DNA from: Octopus sinensis | Taxonomy: Eukaryota | Assembly: GCF_006345805.1 (NCBI RefSeq) | Contig: NC_043014.1 | Coordinates: 51,584,001-51,648,000, forward strand | DNA: 64,000 nucleotides | Direction of reading: 5' to 3' | Shown: piece after piece, positions 41,420-54,904 of the stretch | Layout of the letters: each line of letters opens with the position of its first letter | Numbering within the stretch: position 1 is the first letter of the stretch | Notes under the pieces: generated by a model | The model's input: the letters and a program-made list of their open reading frames with translations, nothing else | Database searches by the model: none | What the model was told of the DNA's origin: nothing | Translations under genes and position numbers: made by a program

Positions 41420-42015
41420 TTACCTCTGGATATCCTTGTTGCTAATTTTGATATATATATATAATGCATGTATGATGTGTCGTTATCTACTAATGTGCAT
41501 GGGTATATGTTTGCGTATATATTTATATATCAGTTTTCGTGTCGTCATAAGGAGAGAGGCTGAGTAGAGTTTAGAAGGCTAGAAAAGGATATTAGCAAAA
41601 TCTATTTGGACTGTGATACGAAGAAACAACTGGAATTTTTTTAAAAAGGGTGAATATTGGATTACCGAGTGAAAGGATGTAAACACTCATATAAGAATCA
41701 GACGCGACAGAAAGAGAGAAAGTGAGGAAGACAGAGTGGGAACGAACGAGAGAGAGAACAAAGAAAATATATGGTGGGGGTGATAGTAGACAAAACAAGA
41801 AGCTTAAGAAGTGTTAGAGGGAGTCTGGAATGCTAGAGAGAAGGAGGAACTCCTATCTAATGAATTTATCTCTTGGTTTCGTACATATATTGGATGGATG
41901 TCTAGGAAGGGAGTGATGACAGAGTTTGCAAAGGAACATTATCTGTGACATGTTCAAACCTCTTTTCCATCCTGAAATTGCCTCCGTGTGAGATTTCTCT
42001 CTGCCCAACAACATT

Positions 42016-42061
<46 letters not shown>

Positions 42062-42213
42062 CACTCACGCATACATACATATGTACTGATTATATATAAA
42101 TATGTGTGCACACACATTTAAATTCGTACCTTTGTGTACATTCAAATATGTACCTAAATGTGTCTGCGTATGTATGTATGTATGTATGTATGTATGTATG
42201 TATAAATTTGGTG

Positions 42214-42362
42214 CAGGCGTGGCTTTGTGGTAAGAAGATTGCTTCCCAATCACATGGTTCCGGGTTCAGTCCCACTGCGTGGCACCTTACGAAGGTGCCG
42301 TCTATTATAATCTCGGAGCTTGTGAGTGGATTTGGTAAACGGAAACTGAAAGAAACCCGTCA
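42214..42362 (+). mobile_element. SINE S2 head only
   Basis: gcaggcgtggctttgtggtaag...ggaaactgaaagaaacccgtc. Confidence 0.75.
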
Positions 42363-42908
42363 TATATGGATATACGCTAACTGCATATAAATCTGTGTCG
42401 TATGAATTGAAGTAGTGAAAATGGAGTTTCTATACACAAATATTTCGTTTTTAAAACATAGTTACGTATATATTAAATAGTCAAACATAAATACACGTGG
42501 GTGGAATTGCATGTATCTGGCGCCGTGTAGTGTAATTACTTCGGTAAAAAAATTGAAACGAAAACACTAAACTTGATGTTATGCGTCATAGTTGTAATGT
42601 AAACCTATCTCCCCATTCCTAACAACTGCCGTATATTTTAATTTAACCATTTCTTGAGAGTTACGTAGTATTTTGACTCCGTCTTGTACTACTCAGAAAT
42701 TCTTCTAAACACATCTATTCCGTCTGAATTGGTCATGCATGAGCAATTTGCACAATATCTTTGCAACTCAGCGATTTCGCTTTTATATTCCTTGGAGTGT
42801 TACCAAATTGTTCATGCTTCAATTGATAGTTAAGTTATGCTTCAAGCCTACAGATTTCCATATTCTCAACATGTATTTATAAATCGTTATGCATTAATGC
42901 TTTCGTAG

Positions 42909-43010
42909 GAATTGTATCTTTCCGTTTGGTAGGAACATTGCCAAGACCTATGCTTTTATAGTTGCTGGTGCCACCGCTGGGTTTGTGGTTGCTGTAGCTC
43001 TATACAGTTT
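42909..43010 (+). CDS. Candidate exon with a transmembrane-like segment
   Basis: Acceptor aatgctttcgtag. Reads NCIFPFGRNIAKTYAFIVAGATAGFVVAVALYS. 3' boundary uncertain. Confidence 0.2.
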
Positions 43011-43344
43011 GATACCATAATTTTGTGCATGTGTATGCAATACAGGTTTCCGTCAACATTCAGATATCGTAGAGTTTATTTTGGCTTTTCCGTTTTTCCC
43101 AGTGAAATACATAAGTAGAATATTGAATCGTATTGGATTCACTATATTGGATAGGTCAACGATCCATACACTTGAGAGAACGCGTGTTAACATTCTAGTA
43201 GTTTACAGGAACATACTTAATATACAGGTTAGGTTTGATTAGATTTGTAGTTGGCTCTAGATGTCATAAGTCCGGAGAACCTGGTTTCCCTGGCGTGTAT
43301 GTGACAAGGGTTAAAACGCTCTCTTCCACATGAACGGACGCAAA

Positions 43345-43641
43345 AGGATGAAAGGCAAGGTGGACCTCGGTGGAATTTGAACTCAGAACGTAGCGGCAGA
43401 CGAAGTACCTATTTCTTTATTACCCACAAGGGGCTAAACATAGAGGGGACAAACAAGGACAGACATAGGTATTAAGTCGATTACATCGACACCAGTGCGG
43501 AACTGGTACTTAATTTATCGACCCCGAAAGGATGAAAGGCAAAGTCAACCTCGGCGGAATTTGAACTCACAACGTAACGACAGACGAAGTACCGCTAAGC
43601 ATTTCGCCAGCGTTGCTAACGATTCCGCCAGCTCGCCGCCT
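43345..43641 (-). mobile_element. SINE S3, head plus body plus partial body
   Basis: Same tandem junction as at 25270 and 54540. Confidence 0.85.
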
Positions 43642-44895
43642 TGAGCAGCAAAATATTCATGAGAAATATTCCTTCCACGACCATCCCGTCTTATTACAGA
43701 CATTTTAAGTGCCTTTTATCTAACGGCAGCCTGGCAGTTTTGTATTTCCTAGTCCTGTCACTACTACAAAGTCTCTCTCCGTCTCTCTCTTTCCCAACCT
43801 CCCTCCATCTTCATCTTTCTGTCTCTCTGTTTCCATCCATTTCCCTCTCTCGAGCTTTACCTCTTCCTCTCCCCTTATGCTACATGTACCTCTCTTCTCC
43901 ACTCTCTCCCTCCGTTCTCTCACTCTCTGACCCCCTCTTTCTCTTCATTCTTCTCTTTACTCTGTTTCACCTTCCCCTTCCTTTCACTCTGATTCTTCTA
44001 TTTTTCCTTCCATTCTCTCTTCGTCCCTTCCTCCCCTCTCCCTTCTTTTTCTCCTTGTTCTTTCTTTCCACCTGACTCCTCCACCCCTTCACCCATCTCT
44101 CTCCTCAAACCTCTTCTACACCGCTCTCTCTCTTTCCCCCTCTCACTCTCTCTGCCTGTAGTCGGTTCCCCTATGATATCGTGTCTTGGAGTGGTACCAA
44201 TATATTTGTATGCTTCAAGCAAATGTTTATTTAAGATTAAGATTAGAAGTTTTAAGAATTTCCATATTTCCAATATTTCTAAATTGAATTCTTGCTATAT
44301 ATATATATATATATATATATATGGAAGCTATCGCACCATTTTTTTTTTTACCTCAGGTGCCCTTTGGCAGCGCCTAAGGGTGAAAACAATATCTGCTGAT
44401 CTCGTTGATATATAACTAGTTTTCTTGAAAATATCTGTGGATATCGAATATTGATTCAATCAGACTGTATTTCTAATAAGTGTGAACCATAGACAGCAGG
44501 TATTAACACAGGGTTAAGAGTTTCATATAGAGATCAAGCAGTTCCGAGTTCGATTACCCTGCGTGACAATTTCACTGGAAATAATCCAGCTCCGAACTCA
44601 TCTGCGGTGGTAGTTTTGCAGAAAAGAGGTTATTGGATGCGGCTAATCGAGGAAATTATATCTTTTATTGTTCTCTTTTCTTTCAATTATTTCAGTCATT
44701 AAACTGCAGCTACGCCGACGCTTCACCCTGCAGTATTTTTAGCCGAAATATTGACTTCGTTACATGTTTTAAAATATTTATTCCATAGGGTCTTTTGTTA
44801 AACTGTTAAATTGTGGGGATATAAACAACCAAACACCTGCTGTCAAGCATTGGAAATGGACAAAAACGAAATCCCCAACACACTAATAGTAACAA

Positions 44896-44926
<31 letters not shown>

Positions 44927-45293
44927 ACATTCACTGTGCTTGGAGTTAGTTTGCTTATCGTTTGTTATCATTCTCACCCTCGTAGACGGCACAGTTTCAT
45001 TATTAATGGCAACTGTCTTGGTTGTTGATTGGAGTTGCTAACAATACGAAAGAAAAATCAACAAGCAACAAGAAACGAAACAGATTATTTATCTATCTAC
45101 CTATCTACCTATCTACCTATCTACATATCTACCTATCTACCTATCTACATATCTACATATCTACATATCTACATATCTACATATCTACCTATCTGCCTAT
45201 CTACCTATCTGCCTATCTACCTATCTGCCTATCTACATATCTGCCTATCCATCCATCCAGCCATCTAACTATCTCTCTCTCTCTGTATGTATG

Positions 45294-45332
<39 letters not shown>

Positions 45333-46518
45333 CACATACATAAACACAGATACACACACACACACATAAAAGCAAGTAGAAAATGCTACGAAGAAAACAA
45401 TTTCTCCTTTACCGCCACCTGAGAATTCTAAAATATCGATTATATGTTTCACTGAGAGGCAGTTCAGACTGAAATGAAGAAAAGCTAATTTATGCAAGCA
45501 TCTACTATCTTTGAATCTATAACTACCGCAACAAAGCCAGGGACGACGAAAAACCCCCTTAAAGCGTAACAATGGCACACGCATGATGGATGGCCTTGAA
45601 AGGTCAACTGGCAACAAGAGGGTTCGATTTTTCGATCTTAATTTATGGCGTCCTTGGTCAAGTTTGTGTGAGACAAAAATATGATGAATAGAACAGGGCT
45701 CAACCCCGTTATTTATATAAATCTATAAATATTTCACGCTCTGTGTGTCTCTCTCTCCCTATCTTATACTGTCTCTATTCAGTAATATATATATATATAT
45801 ATATATATATGCATGTGTGTGTATGTATATTTGTGTGCATGCACCCCTGTGTCTTCGGCAAAAGACAATGATAAAATAAGTGCTAGGCTTACGATGAATA
45901 AGTCCTCGGGTTGATTTGTTTGACTAAAAGACGGTGCTCCAGTATGGCTCCTGTCAAATGACTGAAGTAACGAAAAAGGAAAAAACGAATATATATATAT
46001 ATATACATATATGTGTATATATAATGTATATATATATATATATAATTTGGTGTGAGTGAGTACGTTTTAGTGAACTAAAGGTGGACAGTCTTCGAGGTTT
46101 CGATATGCCATCCGCTGGCAGTCGGGTGACATGATTCCTCCACGGATCCAAAATCCCCTACAGACAAATCGTCTATCTAAGCCAGTGTGTTATCGACGAC
46201 GATAACACCCGGTGCTATTAGGGTGTCATTCCCCAAGTCCTTGATCCCAGCGAAACTGACGACAAATAGCACACATACATAAAGTACGTGCGTTCGATAA
46301 CGTTTATAACACTAGCGCTAGTCCTAATTCGTTATTGAAGTTAATCCTAAATACGAATCGCCTAAGCATACGAGCAAATAGTTCTTACATTATATATAAT
46401 CCATCCCTTAGTGGTTCTAATCATACAGGTGATGGTGTTAATTCAAAAAGTGGCTAAACATCGATATTCATCACTCCTGTACTTAATCGGACGCGACTTG
46501 TTTCACCTATATATATAT

Positions 46519-46557
<39 letters not shown>

Positions 46558-46781
46558 CGGCATAGAATAGCGACACGATATACATGAACTTTTATTTGCG
46601 TCACTCATTAGACTACAGTTTTGGGTCGAACGAATCTTCACTAGGACATTTTTGTTTCCTAATACTTGATATTTATTCTATCGTTCTGTGAGCCAAAACC
46701 GCCGTGTTTACGTTAACGCAAACATCCAACAGCAGTTGTGATGCGGTCACTCACACATATGTGTGTGTCTGCATATATATA

Positions 46782-46837
<56 letters not shown>

Positions 46838-46842
46838 ATGGA

Positions 46843-47151
46843 TGGAAGCACTCCGTCCGTTACGACGACGAGGGTTCCGGTTGATCTGAATCAACGGAAC
46901 AGCCTGCTCGTGAAATTAACGTGTAAGTGGCTGAGCACTCCACAGATACGTGTACCCTTAACGTAGTTTTCGGGGATATTCAGCGTGACACAGAGAGTGA
47001 CAAGGCCGGCCCTTTGAAATACAGGTACAACAGAAACAGGAAGTAAGAGTGAGAGAAAGTTGTGGTGAAAGAGTACAGCAGGGATCATCACCATCCCCTA
47101 CCGGGGCCTCGTGGAGCGTTAGGTGTTTTCGCTCAATAAACACTCACAACG
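46843..47151 (-). mobile_element. SINE S1, 5'-truncated (left arm of an inverted pair)
   Basis: Reverse complement of the S1 body, with a (tcca)n tail. Confidence 0.9.
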
Positions 47152-47496
47152 CGTCATAGGATCGCGGTTTCGATTCCCAGACCGGGCGTTGTGAGTGTTT
47201 ATTGAGCGAAAACACCTAACGCTCCACGAGGCCCCGGTAGGGGATGGTGGTGATCCCTGATGTACTCTTTCACCACAACTTTCTCTCACTCTTACTTCCT
47301 GTTTCTGTTGTATCTGTATTTCAAAGGGCCGGCCTTGTCCCTCTCTGTGTCACGCTGAATATCCCCCGAGAACAACGTTAAGGGTTCACGTGTCTGTGGA
47401 GTGCTCAGCCACTTACACGTTAATTTCACGAGCAGGCTGTTCCGTTGATTCGGATCAACCGGAACCCTCGTCGTCGTAACCGACGGAGTGCTTCCA
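47152..47496 (+). mobile_element. SINE S1, 5'-truncated (right arm of an inverted pair)
   Basis: S1 body from gtcataggatcgcgg to gtgcttcca. Confidence 0.9.
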
Positions 47497-48208
47497 ATAC
47501 AGAGGGGCTGAACACGAGACCAGTATAGAGAATTAGGCTCCTTAACCATACAACAACGCTGCGCTGTTATGTTAAATGACTTTAAATTTGGAGAGTCACC
47601 TCTCGCTAATATTGTTTCGGATATTATTATTCAAATTATTTTCTCTTCCCGTCCATTGCAGTACGATCGCTGCCTTTTCTCGCTTTTACAAGCGTTCTAA
47701 TTCTGTCGCCATATTGGTTGGAAGCCAAATCTTTGGGGATTAACTATTCTTTAGATTAATTCGTTAATTGCTTGAATTGTACCGAAGAATTCGTGTTGAA
47801 AAGCTTATCACCACCTGTGGGACATGCTTAATCTTGATAATAACAATGTCAATAATGGTGTGTTATCTTTATTCCCAATACACTGAGAACTAAATTTAGT
47901 AGATACCTGACAATACAAGATGCAGGACACAGGCACACACACAAACACACACATACATATGAGTGTGTATGTGTGTACCTTTGTATGCAGGATGATGGTA
48001 ACTTGCCTGATAATAGACAATGACCCGGTACATTTTAATAAATATTGTAGTACTAACACCATACAAAATAAAGTAAATAAATAGGTATACTCTACTACAT
48101 GTATTGAGTAGACTCTCTCCCTCTCACATTCCTTCTCTCATATATATATATAATTTTTTTCTGACTCTTTCCTCGGATATATGTGTGAGTGTATATATAT
48201 ATATATAT

Positions 48209-48629
48209 ACTCTACTCTTTTACTCTTTTACTTGTTTCAGTCATTTGACTGCGGCCATGCTGGAGCACCGCCTTTAGTCGAGCAAATCGACCCCGAGACT
48301 TATTTTTTGTAAGCCCAGTACTTATTATATCGGTCTCTTTTGCCGAACCGCTATGTGACGGGGACGTAAACACATACCAGCATCGGTTGTCAAGCAATGC
48401 TAGGGGACAAACACAGACACACAAACACACACACACACACACATACATTTATATATATATATATATATATACGACAGGCTTCTTTCAGTTTCCGTCTACC
48501 AAATCCACTCACAAGGCATTGGTCGGCCCGGGGCTATAGCAGAAGACACTTGCCCAAGGTGCCACGCAGTGGGATTGAACCCAGAACCATGTGGTTGGTT
48601 AGCAAGCTACTTACCACACAGCCACTCCT
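48209..48629 (-). mobile_element. tRNA-derived SINE family S2 (internal TA/TG microsatellite), full length
   Basis: Reverse complement of 56414-56826. Central ccttgggcaagtg motif resembles the shared CORE/Meta-type domains. Confidence 0.9.
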
Positions 48630-48660
48630 ATATATGTATATGTATGTGTGTGGAGAGAAT

Positions 48661-48705
<45 letters not shown>

Positions 48706-49350
48706 AGAGAGAGAGAGAGATAATGATAGAGAATGAGATAGGATGTGTGTGTGTGAGAGAGAGAGAGAGTGAGGTGGAAGAGATAGAGAGAGAGAGGTGT
48801 ATCAGAAAGCAATGGAAATAGAAACCGCATTACTATCTTCCTCAGCTTCTGATATATGAAGACATGAATGCATACACACTCGTGCTTGCACGTCCGCATG
48901 CGTGGCAGTGTGTGTGTGTGGTTTGTGTTGGTGTGGGCGAGCGGTCATGGCTGTAAACTTGGTCTCTACGTACATTAATTTGTTTAGTACCATCAGTCAA
49001 CATGTCATCACTTGGTATTTAAGTTTGTTTACTGGAGTTGAGCGAAATGATTGAACGTTGCAATCAATATCTTCTACTGGTAAATAACACATCTCAAATG
49101 TCTGATCCTAAAATGGTGTATGCGATGATTTATATGCGTATCAGTAGATACACACACACACACACACACGTGTGTGTGTGTGGGGGGGCTGTCGCTGTGT
49201 GGTGGGAAATTTGCTTCCGAATGGTTCTAGGTTCAATTCCACTACGTCGTAACTTCGTGGTACTATAGCCTCGAGCCAACTAAAATTATGTCAGTGGAAT
49301 TCGCAGACGAAAACCGAACGGAAAGCGTGATGTATATATATATGGATGGA

Positions 49351-49481
49351 TGGAAGCACTCCGTCGGTTACGACGACGAGGGTTCCGCTCAATAAACACT
49401 CACAACGCCCAGTCTGGGAATCGAACCCGCGATCCTACGACCGCGAGTCCGCTGCCCTATCCACTGGGCCATCGCGCCTCC
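49351..49481 (-). mobile_element. SINE S1 with a large internal deletion
   Basis: The S1 head is joined directly to the S1 tail at gttcc|gctcaat. Confidence 0.85.
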
Positions 49482-49634
49482 GCCTCAGACCCTCTGTATA
49501 GCATATCGGGCAAGTGTATTCCTCGCTTCCCATAAGTCTACCGGAAACCTAGTGTGTGACTGGAAAGCATATACATGCGCGTGCGGCTGTGTGTGTCTCA
49601 ATGATTGAATGTGTGTTTGTATTATATATTTGAA

Positions 49635-50045
49635 GTCGTGGCTCTGTGGTTTGAAGCTTGCTTCCCAACCACATGGTTCCGTGTTCAGTCGCACTGCGTG
49701 GCACCTTGTGCAAGAATTTTACTATAGCTTCGGGCAGACCATAGACTTGTGAGTGGGTTTGGTAGAGGGAATCTGAAAGACGCCTCTTATGTATATATAT
49801 ATTTGTGTGTGTGTGTGTATGTGATTGTGTGCGTCTGCGTTCCTCACCTCCGCGATCATCGCTTGACAAATGATATTAGTGTCTTTACGTCCCCGTAACG
49901 TCGCGGTTCGGCAAAATATTCCGAGAGGATAAGTACTAGGTTCACAAAGAATATGACCTAGTGTTGGTCTCTTCGATTGAAATTGGTGCTTAGTCATCGC
50001 CGCGGTCAAATGACTGAAACAAGTAAAAGAATATAAGAATAAAAG
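49635..50045 (+). mobile_element. SINE S2, older copy
   Basis: Diverged match over the full length. Confidence 0.75.
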
Positions 50046-50245
50046 ACGTTCAGATACGGTATCAATGCTCGCTGAAGTTCGTCTTATCCAATCAAAATTA
50101 TTTCAGAAAAGAACCATGAAACCAATCATAAAATTGTCACTCGAGTTAGCAATACACTTATTTCCATTGATTATATTTAAATAGTGAGTCCGTAAGTACC
50201 CACTTGCTGGCCTCCTCCAATAAGTTGTCTAAATGTGCTACAATT

Positions 50246-50342
<97 letters not shown>

Positions 50343-50703
50343 TGTTTGCATATCAATTGAATTAAACCTACATGTTATGGTATATTTGAATAATTGCCTC
50401 TATATCTCTATTATTTTGCAACTGGATTGGAATGTGAATGCAAACAGGCGCACGTCCAAACTCTCAGACACACACTCGCCGAAACGCGCAGTTAGCCATT
50501 TGTTCTTTTATTAAAAAAAATAAAACATATCTACAACCAAATGGTATTGTTGAATTGTTGTATCTAACATCTTTCTATATTGCGAGTGGATTGCGCAAAG
50601 CGAGGTACAGCCAACGAGTCGTCGTGGATTTAAAGGAACACACATTCACACATATAAATAGGTTCGTTTGAATTTGTATATAAGGATGCACGTGTTGTGC
50701 GTG

Positions 50704-50750
<47 letters not shown>

Positions 50751-51385
50751 TATATATATATATATATTATATATATATATATATGTGTGTGTATATATAT
50801 ATAGTTTGCTTAATTATATATATAGTTGCATATGGCTATACTGATGGAATCCTACATATTCATTGGTATCTGTATGTATGTATACTTTGATGTGTGTATT
50901 TGTGAATGTATATGTATGTGCATGCGTATATATATAAACGCAAAGCGAATATATGCACGCACATGTGTGTATATGTATGTATATGTGTGGATGTCTGTAG
51001 GCATGAGGTGTGTGTAAATAACTACACATGGTATTGCAGCTGTCTTCCAAGTGGAGCTTAAATATTCTTAACAAAAAATCTACAACAATATGGGAACACA
51101 GCATTTTTAAAAATCAATAATAAATATCAGTATCCACAAAATCGCGATAGCTTTTCAAATTATTAATGGCTTTCATTTCTAAAAATCATTTGTTTATAAA
51201 TAGTGCTTTTTTTTAAATATATATTTTAAAGGTATGCCTTTCCATTAATTTTAATTATTATAGAAATGCTTTAGAATTTGATATTACATGTAACCTCTCC
51301 ACTGGCAATTCAGAGAGCTAATGCGCATGCTCTTGTATATCGCGTTACGCTTTCAAGCAGCACACTCAAATGTGAATTGTTTTAA

Positions 51386-51441
<56 letters not shown>

Positions 51442-51537
51442 ATTTGTCACTACATGTTCATGTGTACATAAATATTTTTCAACATGTAGATGCATACGTA
51501 CGTACATAAAACACACACACAGACACACACACACACA

Positions 51538-51583
<46 letters not shown>

Positions 51584-51896
51584 TATGAGCTTGTTAAATA
51601 GAAAGGAAATATATTTAATGGTCCCTACAGGGATTATGGCACGAAACATCTATGATATATTTAGAAACAACTGCTTCTGTATATTAAACTCCATTATTTA
51701 ATATTTAGCAGTAAATTCCTTTTGATCGAATTCAACTCTTATCAGATCGAATGTAAATATGAAACTCGCGTTCCCTCCCTTATTTCAGTGGTTATTGCGC
51801 ATTATGGTAATTATTCTAATTATGTGATACACACACACACAAACACTCACACACACACACACACACCATTATTATTAATATTGTTATTATTGTTAA

Positions 51897-52109
51897 GGCG
51901 CCGAGGTGGCAGAAGCGTTAGCACGTCGGAAAAAAATGCTTTGCGGTATTTAGTACGTCTTAACATTCTGAGTTCAAATTCTGCCGAGGTTGACTGTGTC
52001 TTTCATCCTTAAGGGGTCGATAAAATAAATACCAGTCGAGCACTGGGGTCGATGTAACCGACTCATCCCGGCTTCAGAAATGTCAGGCCCTGTGTCTATA
52101 GTAGAAGGG

Positions 52110-52110
<1 letters not shown>
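51897..52110 (+). mobile_element. SINE S3, older tail variant
   Basis: aggcgccgaggtggcagaagcgttagcacg...gtagaagggatt. Confidence 0.75.
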
Positions 52111-52148
<38 letters not shown>

Positions 52149-52702
52149 GAGTGAGAGATCAGTGGATGCCATCAAAGTGACACTGGGGTAAAATATACGA
52201 AACCCAGTATACCCATCCTGACTACACGCCTGATAAAGGTGCACTAGGCACATGCATCACAACCATATGTGCGCAACATGGTGATCTCATATCAAGGTAA
52301 ACAGCGCATGACCTTCCAGGTGGGGGCCCAGTTAGAATTTTCTTCAGGTCGAGTAGCCCATCCCGCTCAAAAGGTCCCTGAATAAGGATTCTTTATGGAT
52401 GTTGAAAGAAACACCTATGTTTCCAGAGGTGAAATATTAAAACCCCAAAAAATCCCTCTCAACACATGGCTATGATCTCACCCACTACCTCTGCTCGTGA
52501 TCAGAAATGCACATATCGTCAGCCATTAGGGGACATGCTCAACTGATTAAAGTCAAACAACCGGCAAACAAATCTGTGGTATTGAGCAGAATATTTGCTG
52601 TAGCCCATCTTTTATACCAAGACAAAACAATGTACATGATAACACTTCCAATCAGTTAAGATCAGAAATCACGAAAGCCCCTGCCTGGTACTGAATCAGG
52701 GC

Positions 52703-52704
<2 letters not shown>
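52149..52704 (-). mobile_element. ~555-bp interspersed repeat inserted in an (ATT)n tract
   Basis: Complex non-coding block with (ATT)n on both sides. I recognise it as an octopus dispersed repeat, but it is single-copy in this window. Confidence 0.55.
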
Positions 52705-52738
<34 letters not shown>

Positions 52739-52775
52739 CATTATTATCATTATTATTATTATCATTATTATCAAA

Positions 52776-52985
52776 GTGGCGAAGTGGCAGAATCATTAGC
52801 ACACCAGGAAAAATGCTTCGTAGCATTGTGTCCGTCATTACATTCTGAGTTCAAATTCGATGTCGACTTTGCCTTTCCTCCTTTCGGGGTCGATAAATTA
52901 AGTACCAATGCAACACTGGGCTCGATGTAATCAACTAGTCCCTTCCCCAAAAATTTCAAAGCCTTATGCCTTCAGTAGAAAGATT
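52776..52985 (+). mobile_element. SINE S3, older tail variant
   Basis: gtggcgaagtggcagaatcattagc...cagtagaaagatt. Confidence 0.75.
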
Positions 52986-53163
52986 AAAGGTAAATACCCC
53001 CTTCGGTCATGAATGACCATGGGATTGCACCTAGAAAGTTACACTCCTAGACACAAGTCCGGACAAGGTTGTTTTATGGAAGACCAGCAGTCGCAGCCCG
53101 GTCCGGGATTCGAGCTCACAACCTCACGATCGTAAGCTCGACGCTCTAACCACTGAGCCATGC
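52986..53163 (-). mobile_element. SINE S4, internally deleted, with putative RTE-like 3' tail
   Basis: The head is the reverse complement of 1664-1735. Tail ctttctaggtgcaatcccatggtcattcatgaccgaagggg; the RTE assignment is from recall. Confidence 0.7.
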
Positions 53164-53903
53164 AATATTGTTAGTGTTGTTACTTTTTTATGATTATTGA
53201 GTTTATATTATCATTGTTATTATCATTACGTGTGTAATTTTTTCTTATCATTGCAATATTTTTGTTTCCAAGTAATTTGTTTTTATTATTCTTTAATCCA
53301 TTGCAATTTTATTGTATATTACAGTTTTTCGTACATCGGCTTTTTATAAATTATATTTTATATTCAATTTATTGATATCTATCGTCAAAATCGCATTAAA
53401 ATGTGAACTTTTTATTATCATTATAGTAACTACGTAGATAATCGTGTTCTCTGAATCGATATGTAAAATATATGTAAATGATAATTTTCTTAGCATTAAT
53501 TTTTTTTTTATTATATTTCATTGATATTTATTGCTTTAGATATTTATTGCTTTAGATATGGCGCAGAGAAAAATGAAGTGTTTAAATTGCTTTTTAATTG
53601 TCATATACCTTGTGGAGTAGATAAGTGATGGGAAGAACATTTCTGTTGCTGATTGCGTTTGGCTCGTAAAAGCGCATCACGGAGGTTTAATTGATGATGT
53701 CTATGATGATGATGATGATGTTCATTTAGATGATAAGGACGATGATGTTACAGAATTTTAACATCATGTCAATTCTGATTCAGTATATGGCTTTACAAAA
53801 CGCGGACTTGTACTGGGGAATACCCTTAGTATAAATATTCATATCATTTTCTAAATATACTTTCCAATGTAATATTTCCTTTATTAAGACAAGTGGGTTT
53901 GTT

Positions 53904-54328
53904 ACTACTCTTTACTCTTTTACTTGTTTCAGTCATATGACTGCGGCCATGCTGGAGCACCGCCTTTTAGTCGAGCAACTCGACACCGGGACCTATTCTT
54001 TGTAAGCCCTGTACTTATTCTATCGGTCCCTTTTGCCGAACCGCTAAGTGACGGGGACGTAAACACACCAGCATCGGTTGTCAAGCAATGCTAGGGGGAC
54101 AAACACACACACACACACAAACACACACACATACACATATATATATATATACATACATATATACGACAGGCTTCTTTCAGTTTCCGTCTACCAAATCCAC
54201 TCACAAGGCATTGGTCGGCCCGGGGCTATAGCAGAAGACACTTGCCCAAGGTGCCACGCAGTGGGACTGAACCTGGAACCATGTGGTTGGTTAGCAAGCT
54301 ACTTACCACACAGCCACTCCTGCGCCTA
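53904..54328 (-). mobile_element. SINE S2, full length
   Basis: End-to-end match to the other S2 copies. Confidence 0.9.
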
Positions 54329-54334
54329 TACTGC

Positions 54335-54371
<37 letters not shown>

Positions 54372-54375
54372 TTTA

Positions 54376-54775
54376 AGGGGCTAAACACATAGAGGGGACA
54401 AACGAGGACAGACAAACGGATTAAGTCTATTATATCGACTCCAGTGCGTAACTGGTACTTATTTAATCGTCCGCGAAAGGATGAAAGGCAAAGATGACCT
54501 CGGCGGAATTTGAACTCAGAACGTAGCGGCAGACGAAATACCTATTTCTTTATTACTCACAAGGGGCTAAACACAGAGGGGACAAACAAGGACAGACATA
54601 GGTATTAAGTCGATTATATCGACCCCAGTGCGTAACTGGTACTTATTTAATCGTCCGCGAAAGGATGAAAGGCAAAGACGACCTCGGGGGAATTTGAACT
54701 CAGAACGTAACGGCAGACGAAATTCCGCTAAACATTTCGTCCGGCGTGCTAACGCTTCGGCCAGCTTGCCGCCTT
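54376..54775 (-). mobile_element. SINE S3, head plus two body modules
   Basis: Duplicated body, junction at about 54540. Confidence 0.85.
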
Positions 54776-54904
54776 GAGATGGTTTGAAATAAGCTGGGAA
54801 ATAGTTCCTAGCTTAGGCGCGAAGCTTATGACTATTGTGTCTGAGAGGATATTAATAGAGTGTACTGCCACCAGTACTAGACTAGCCATGTTATTTTATC
54901 GAGT

